Below, piece after piece: positions 58,588 to 64,000 of a stretch of DNA of 64,000 nt. The DNA is taken from assembly GCA_012840965.1 (NCBI GenBank), contig DUVQ01000103.1:291-64290 (forward strand), written 5' to 3'. Source of the DNA: Oligoflexales bacterium. GTDB taxonomy: Bacteria; Myxococcota_A; UBA9042; DTJE01. Position 1 is the first letter of the stretch. Each line of letters begins with the position of its first letter. The position numbers were made by a program, and so were the translations under genes. Below the pieces are notes generated by a model. The model saw only the letters and a list, made by a program, of their open reading frames with translations, did no database searches and was not told the origin of the DNA.

Positions 58588-59564
58588 TGTCAAATTCCAT
58601 GGTCGAATGTCGGCTTTGCCCCAAGCAGTGCCGAATCGCGCCAGGCCAGGCCGGGGATTGCCGCGTCAGGATGAACCTTGACGGCAAGCTCACGGCTGTA
58701 ACCTATGGAATAGCTGCAGCAGCTCACGTTGATCCAGTCGAAAAAAAGCCTTTTTATCATTACTATCCAGGGGCAAAAATCCTTTCGATTGCCACTGTAG
58801 GGTGTAATCTTCATTGCAAGGGATGCCAAAACTGGCAGATTTCGCAGGCAAATCCTGAAGAAGCTGGTGGGTTTCATCTGCCGCCTGAGGATGTCGCCAA
58901 AGTGGCCAAAAGGGAAAAGATTCCTTTGGTTGCATGCACTTACACCGAGCCGTTTGTGTATTATGAATACACGATGGATACGGCGATAGCCTGCAAGGAA
59001 CATGGGGTTAAAACGGCAATTGTTTCAGCTGGTTATGCGAATAAAGAACCGGTTGCGGCGCTTTTTAAGGTCATTGATGCGGCCACCATTGATTTGAAGT
59101 CGTTTGACGACGCCTACTATCGCAAGTGGTGTGATGGCAGTTTAAAGCCAGTGCTAAACACGTTGGTGGCTGCGAAGGAGGCAGGCATTTGGCTGGAGGT
59201 GTCTAATTTGCTGGTCCCTGGGTTGACTGACAGCAAGGATGGGCTGTCGGATTTGGTCCGTTGGATGGTCCAAAACTTGGGGGCGGACACTCCGATCCAT
59301 TTTTTGCGGTTCATGCCCCATTACCAGATGAAGAATTTGCCTCCAACTCCGGTTTCGTCTTTGGAATTGGCATATAAAACAGCCAAGGATGCTGGGCTTA
59401 AGTATGTGTACATTGGCAATTTCAGAGGCCACGAAACTGAAAGTACCTTGTGCCATTCGTGTGGCCACATGGTAATTGAAAGGGTAGGGTATCAAATCCG
59501 GGGTGTGGACATGGTTTCGGGCCGTTGTCCCAAATGCGACACGTTGATCCCGGGGCGCTTTTAG
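58587..59564 (+). CDS. AmmeMemoRadiSam radical SAM enzyme
   Basis: CRLCPKQC..G.CRVR, DPVEKKPFYH, GCNLHCKGCQNWQIS, TYTEP, PIHFLRF.P, C-terminal CxxC...CxxC. Confidence 0.95.
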   Translation: MSNSMVECRLCPKQCRIAPGQAGDCRVRMNLDGKLTAVTYGIAAAAHVDPVEKKPFYHYYPGAKILSIATVGCNLHCKGCQNWQISQANPEEAGGFHLPPEDVAKVAKREKIPLVACTYTEPFVYYEYTMDTAIACKEHGVKTAIVSAGYANKEPVAALFKVIDAATIDLKSFDDAYYRKWCDGSLKPVLNTLVAAKEAGIWLEVSNLLVPGLTDSKDGLSDLVRWMVQNLGADTPIHFLRFMPHYQMKNLPPTPVSSLELAYKTAKDAGLKYVYIGNFRGHETESTLCHSCGHMVIERVGYQIRGVDMVSGRCPKCDTLIPGRF

Positions 59565-59569
59565 TTGGT

Positions 59570-59839
59570 ATGATTGATCGTCGAACATTTTTGGGCCTAG
59601 GCGTTGCAGGGGTGCTCGCTTTGGGTTTGTGGCCAGTTAGGGTTTTGGGCGGGGTTGGTGGGGTTGGTGGGGGTGAGTTTTTGGGCGGCGGCGGGGGCGC
59701 TGGGGTTGGTGATGGGGTTGGTGATGGCGAGTTTTTGGCTGAAGTGGGCGGTCCCGAGTTTCGGGAGTTTTTGCAGCGGTTGAAAGTTCGGCCTTTTGAC
59801 AGGGATTATTTGTTTGTGAAACACAATTTAGCGGGGTGA
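59570..59839 (+). CDS. Small protein with twin-arginine signal, Gly-rich linker and C-terminal HNLAG
   Basis: MIDRRTFLGLGVAGVLALGLWP...RPFDRDYLFVKHNLAG*; fills the gap between the radical SAM and B-A fusion genes with 5-nt and 3-nt spacers. Confidence 0.75.
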   Translation: MIDRRTFLGLGVAGVLALGLWPVRVLGGVGGVGGGEFLGGGGGAGVGDGVGDGEFLAEVGGPEFREFLQRLKVRPFDRDYLFVKHNLAG

Positions 59840-59842
59840 CAA

Positions 59843-61369
59843 ATGAAGATTTACCAAGCACTCCCTTTGATTTTATTGATGGCAGTGTTTTCCTCTTGCC
59901 GAAGCCAGGAGGTGCAGGTCGTGAAACAGACTGAACAACCAGTAGTAGCCAGCCCAGAGGTACCAGCCAAGGTCATTTATTCACCAATAGCTGGTTCTTG
60001 GTACACCAATAAACCTGACGCGTTGCGCCGCGAACTGCGCGGTTATTTGGATGAAGGCAAAGGCGACACCAGTTGGGGTGGCAGAGTAGTTGGTCTAGTG
60101 GCCCCACACGCTGGATATCGTTTTTCGGGCCCCGTGGCTGGTCATGCATACGCTCAGCTTGAGGGCCAAGCGGTCAAAAGGGTGATTGTGATAGCCCCTT
60201 CCCACCATGTGCCTTTTAGCGGATTTGCCTTGCCTGATGCAGGGTTATGGGAAACTCCCCTTGGGCAGATGCAAATTGATGTGGCGACGGTCAAGAAGCT
60301 GCTGGAGGGGCCTGATTTCAAGCTGTTGGACCAGGCGTTCGCCAAAGAGCACGCGGTTGATATCCAGGTGCCATTTTTACAGCTGATCGCGCCTGATGCC
60401 CAGTTGGTGCCCATTGTTGCAGGTAGGGTTGACGATGCGGCGATTGTCAGGGCTGGGCGGGCCTTGGGTGCTTTACTGGATGATCAAACCGTTATTGTTG
60501 CAAGCTCCGACTTCACCCATTATGGGGCCAGTTTTGGCTACATGCCCTTTAAGTTGGATGATCAAACAGGCGAAAATCTGGCTAAATTCGCGGATATAGC
60601 TGGATCAGCCGCGGCTGCCTTGGATAGTGAGGCCTTTAAAAAGCACTTGGCAGAGACAAATGACACCATCTGTGGGGCCATGCCCATCTTGGTGTTGATG
60701 GCGGCGTTGGATAAGGGGACTGAAGGCAAGGTGCTGAGATATGATAATTCCGGTCGTATGACTGGTGGCTATGAACACGCCGTTTCATATGTGTCCATTG
60801 CCTTCAGGGCTTCTGCCCAGGCCGGTCCAATGTCTGAGCAGGACCAAAAGTACCTGTTATCCTTGGCGCGGCGCACCATCCAACACCATCTGGCAGGAAA
60901 AGGCAGGTTGAGCGTGGATGAAAGCGAGGTCCCGCCGGCAGTAGCCAAAAAATACGGTGTTTTCGTGACGTTGAACAAAAATGGAAACTTGCGCGGCTGC
61001 ATAGGTTCAATACTGCCAGTGGAGGCGCTGTACACAGGCGTCATCAGGAATGCCATAAACGCGGCGGCCAACGACACAAGGTTTCGACCTGTGACCGCCC
61101 AAGAGGAGCCTGAACTTCATATAGAGATTTCAGTCCTGACCAACCCCAAACGCATTGAAAGATGGCAAGACATCGTGATTGGACGTGACGGGGTCATATT
61201 GACCAAGGGTTGGGCGAAATCTGTGTTTTTACCTCAGGTTGCGCCCGAGCAAGGCTGGAATCTCAAACAGATGCTTGAGCACCTTTCCATGAAGGCTGGG
61301 CTGCCGGCCAATGGATATCTGGAGGGGGCCACCTTTGAGATCTTTCAGGCCCAAGTTTTTAGCGAGTAA
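59843..61369 (+). CDS. AmmeMemoRadiSam B-A fusion (MEMO1 + AMMECR1) with lipoprotein-like N-terminus
   Basis: AGSWY, PHAGYRFSG, APSHH, EHAVDIQVPF, ASSDFTHYG, ICG; then GVFVTL..LRGCIG, DTRFRPV, EISVLT, GRDGVI, VFLPQVAPEQGW, FQAQVF. N-terminus LMAVFSSC. Confidence 0.93.
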   Translation: MKIYQALPLILLMAVFSSCRSQEVQVVKQTEQPVVASPEVPAKVIYSPIAGSWYTNKPDALRRELRGYLDEGKGDTSWGGRVVGLVAPHAGYRFSGPVAGHAYAQLEGQAVKRVIVIAPSHHVPFSGFALPDAGLWETPLGQMQIDVATVKKLLEGPDFKLLDQAFAKEHAVDIQVPFLQLIAPDAQLVPIVAGRVDDAAIVRAGRALGALLDDQTVIVASSDFTHYGASFGYMPFKLDDQTGENLAKFADIAGSAAAALDSEAFKKHLAETNDTICGAMPILVLMAALDKGTEGKVLRYDNSGRMTGGYEHAVSYVSIAFRASAQAGPMSEQDQKYLLSLARRTIQHHLAGKGRLSVDESEVPPAVAKKYGVFVTLNKNGNLRGCIGSILPVEALYTGVIRNAINAAANDTRFRPVTAQEEPELHIEISVLTNPKRIERWQDIVIGRDGVILTKGWAKSVFLPQVAPEQGWNLKQMLEHLSMKAGLPANGYLEGATFEIFQAQVFSE

Positions 61370-61396
61370 TCCCTTTTAGCCGGCGTCAAAGGTGCG

Positions 61397-64000
61397 TTGT
61401 TGACAAGATTTCTAGGTGGCAGACTTTTGGCATTTGCCTTGGGGGCCTTTACAGTTGGTGCCCAAGCCGCCCTTTTACGCGAATATCTAATTTCATTTAA
61501 AGGTTCGGAACTGGCCTTTGGGCTGATGTTTTTCTTTTGGTTCTTTTGGATAGCCCTGGGCGCCAATCTGACTGGCAAAAGTGCGCGATTATCCGCGTTT
61601 ACAAGCAGGCACACGGCCTTGTTGGCGGCTTTACAGCCAGTTTGGTCGCTTGTCGGATTGCTAAGTCTGGCCAGCTTGCGTTTGGTTTCAGGCACTCCTT
61701 CATTTGCGCCTGTTTCGATAACTTGGCTGGTTGCAGGGGCGGCTTGGGCCAGTTTTGCCCCAAGTTTCATCACTGGGCTTGTATTTCCGGCGATTAGCAG
61801 GGCGTGTGATGAAAGCCCAGCGGCCGGGGCCAAAACCGTTTATATCATTGAGTCTTTTGGCGCAATTTTTGGCGGCATAGCTGCGACCGTTGCCTTTGCG
61901 ATGGGCCTGTCGTCGATTGTGGTTGTCGCTGGCCTTGGGTTGGTCCAGGTTGTGGCGGCCTTTGTGTTTATTTTGCAGTTTGGGCGGTTGGGTGGTGCTG
62001 GACGGGCAGGGGGTGATGGGCCGTCTGGTGCCGGGCCGTCTGGGGCTGCCGGGCAGGCAGGGCCTGCTGGCTTGAAAGCTTTCGCCAAAGACTGTGCGGT
62101 GGTTGTGCTGGCCTTGATTACTTGCGTTGGGTTGTTGCTCCCGCCTTTTGGGCCGCTGTTTAAAGGCAAAATCCAGCAAGTATCTTTGAAGGCCAACCTT
62201 GATGGTGCCAAGCTGCAATCCCAGATTGAAACCGCCTACAACCAAGTGACTTTTGCGAAGTACGGCACGCAAAACGTGATTTTGGTAAATGGCGAGGTTC
62301 AAGCCAGTTTTCCAGCCGGCCCAGAGGTGTTGGGTGAGGCGGCATTGCTGGCTGCTCAGGCGGGCAAACACGACAAGGCGTTGATTCTGGGTGGGGACCG
62401 CCTGGAAACGAGCATCGCCTTGGCCGCCTATTTCGATCTTGTCCAGATGGTGACGCTGGATGGCGAACTGTTTGATATTGCTGTGCGGGCCAGGAAGGAC
62501 GCTGGTCTTGGTCAGTTGCCATCAAATCTGGAAGTTATCATCGAGGATCCAAGGGGTTATGCTGTATCCAGCCATGAACCGGTCGACTTGATAGTAATAG
62601 CCTCCCCTGAACCTTCAACTAGGGCGGCCGGCCGGATGTTTTCGGTGGAATTTCTTGGACAATTGGCCCCCAAATTAGCCGGCGACGGGGCCTTGGCCGC
62701 CTTTGTGCAATCCGGTGAAAATGCTTTGATTGGCGAGACTTTGCGCTATGGTCAATCAATCTGGCAGACCTTTTCTAGCGTTTTTGCAAACGTGGCGGTT
62801 GTTCCAGGCGAAGAAGCGGTGATTTTGGCTGGGCACAAGGATGCCAATCTGACCACGAATTCTGGCGAGCTCGCCCAAAGATACTTGGCCTTTACCGGGG
62901 GCAAAGGTCCATACGACCCCAGGCGCTTTTCAGAATTGGTTCAAGATGACCGCGCCACTTTTGTGAAAGACGCCTATCAAGCAAACACCCAGCAGATGAT
63001 CCACAGTGATACTCGCCCCTTGTCATCGTTTTTGGCGATGCTGACTTCATTCCAAAGGGGCGGCAGCGGCAGTTCAGATGGGCTTTGGGCCTTGTTCTTG
63101 GCCGGACCAGTGGTCGCGGTCATAGTTTTGCTAGTCTTGGTTTTTTGGCTTTTCAAGGCCAGGGCCAGGCAAGGGGGCCAAGGCTACGAGTTTAGTTCCA
63201 AAGTGCTGATAACCACCGTCGGCGGTGCCTCCATCGCGGGGTCCATCGTGATGTTGGCCCAGTACCAGGCGGTTGTTGGGGCCTTTCACCGCGACATCGG
63301 CGCTGCTTCGGCGTTGACAATGGCTGGCTTGGCCATCGGCTCGTTCATAGGCAGCAGGTTAAAAAGTCGCCCCGAAAATTCGCTGTTTGTGTCACTGGTC
63401 AACGCCTGCTTCTTTTTTGTGCTCCCATGGCTTTTGCCTGAGGCATTTGTTGGAGCCTCAACTTTCGCCATCTTTGCAGGCCTCTTTGTTGCCCTTGGCA
63501 TGATTACAGGCCTGGCCTGGCCAGTAGCCGCCAGTTTGATCTCTGGCCAAAATGTTGCCGCCACCTTGGAATCCTTCGATCACTTGGGGGCTGCTTTGCT
63601 AGCGGCTATCACCGGAGTGGGGCTATTACCGCTTTATGGCACAAGAAACACCCTTTGGATCCTGGCTGGACTGGTGCTGCTGGCCGCTATTTCAGCGGCC
63701 ACAGACCGATTGCTGGGCTCACAGAAAGGCAAACGCTTTTTGCACGGCAGGATTGGCAGGGCCCTGACCCATGCGGTCTGGCCGAAAAGCATCCTTTGGC
63801 CTGGACTTCTGGCGTTGTTTGCCATCTTAGCGGTGATAGTCCCCAACTTGGGGGACCGCACCCCACCTGGATTAAGCCCCAGGATTTCCCACGAAGACAT
63901 CCGCAGGATTGAACAGGCCAAAGGTATCGAGGATTTCTTTAATCCCTTTGTTTATTCAAGGCTTGAAGGGACTGAAAAAGGTGAAGGAATAATCATTGCG
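61397..64000 (+). CDS. Membrane protein with MFS-like TM blocks and a spermidine-synthase-like domain (runs off the right edge; absent from the ORF track)
   Basis: TTG start; GAQAALLREYLISFKGSELAFG..W; ETAYNQVT, VTLDGEL, EDPR, DLIVIASPEP..GRMFSVEF, HSDTRP. The frame matched at four spot-checked positions including the last codon. Confidence 0.8.
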   Translation, partial: MLTRFLGGRLLAFALGAFTVGAQAALLREYLISFKGSELAFGLMFFFWFFWIALGANLTGKSARLSAFTSRHTALLAALQPVWSLVGLLSLASLRLVSGTPSFAPVSITWLVAGAAWASFAPSFITGLVFPAISRACDESPAAGAKTVYIIESFGAIFGGIAATVAFAMGLSSIVVVAGLGLVQVVAAFVFILQFGRLGGAGRAGGDGPSGAGPSGAAGQAGPAGLKAFAKDCAVVVLALITCVGLLLPPFGPLFKGKIQQVSLKANLDGAKLQSQIETAYNQVTFAKYGTQNVILVNGEVQASFPAGPEVLGEAALLAAQAGKHDKALILGGDRLETSIALAAYFDLVQMVTLDGELFDIAVRARKDAGLGQLPSNLEVIIEDPRGYAVSSHEPVDLIVIASPEPSTRAAGRMFSVEFLGQLAPKLAGDGALAAFVQSGENALIGETLRYGQSIWQTFSSVFANVAVVPGEEAVILAGHKDANLTTNSGELAQRYLAFTGGKGPYDPRRFSELVQDDRATFVKDAYQANTQQMIHSDTRPLSSFLAMLTSFQRGGSGSSDGLWALFLAGPVVAVIVLLVLVFWLFKARARQGGQGYEFSSKVLITTVGGASIAGSIVMLAQYQAVVGAFHRDIGAASALTMAGLAIGSFIGSRLKSRPENSLFVSLVNACFFFVLPWLLPEAFVGASTFAIFAGLFVALGMITGLAWPVAASLISGQNVAATLESFDHLGAALLAAITGVGLLPLYGTRNTLWILAGLVLLAAISAATDRLLGSQKGKRFLHGRIGRALTHAVWPKSILWPGLLALFAILAVIVPNLGDRTPPGLSPRISHEDIRRIEQAKGIEDFFNPFVYSRLEGTEKGEGIIIA

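Overview
Mostly gene-dense chromosomal DNA, probably from a Myxococcota-like deltaproteobacterium (inferred from Cys-rich, PEGA, Ig and vWA lipoproteins, an AgmK-like giant TPR protein and a Ser/Thr kinase). Housekeeping genes: rluD-like (cut by the left edge), cls, groES/groEL, HIT, trxA, ampG, prfB (canonical +1 frameshift), der, tadA and two tRNA-Ser. Also present: an AmmeMemoRadiSam locus and a ~19 kb surface-lipoprotein/giant-TPR operon. Best leads: (1) at 27.5-34 kb, three FGE-sulfatase (CLec-fold) paralogs. The first ends in what looks like a diversity-generating retroelement (DGR) variable region, and a 723-nt ORF-less group II intron sits exactly at its 3' end. Removing the intron restores ...GFRLARSVR*, matching the third paralog's ...GFRLAKSVR*. 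No RT or template repeat is in the window. (2) An orphan nitrogenase-component-1-like heterodimer with a 3 Cys + 1 Cys ligand pattern and no NifH/BchL partner, between cls and a kinase. (3) A 104-nt non-coding element present twice, plus a family of G-rich GNNCAG hexamer arrays, one of which abuts a truncated AbiEii toxin. (4) Two AbiE systems, both showing signs of toxin inactivation. (5) Unannotated small proteins: a 33-aa basic peptide, and a Tat-signal peptide inside the AmmeMemoRadiSam operon. All calls come from motif recognition by eye; no database search was run.
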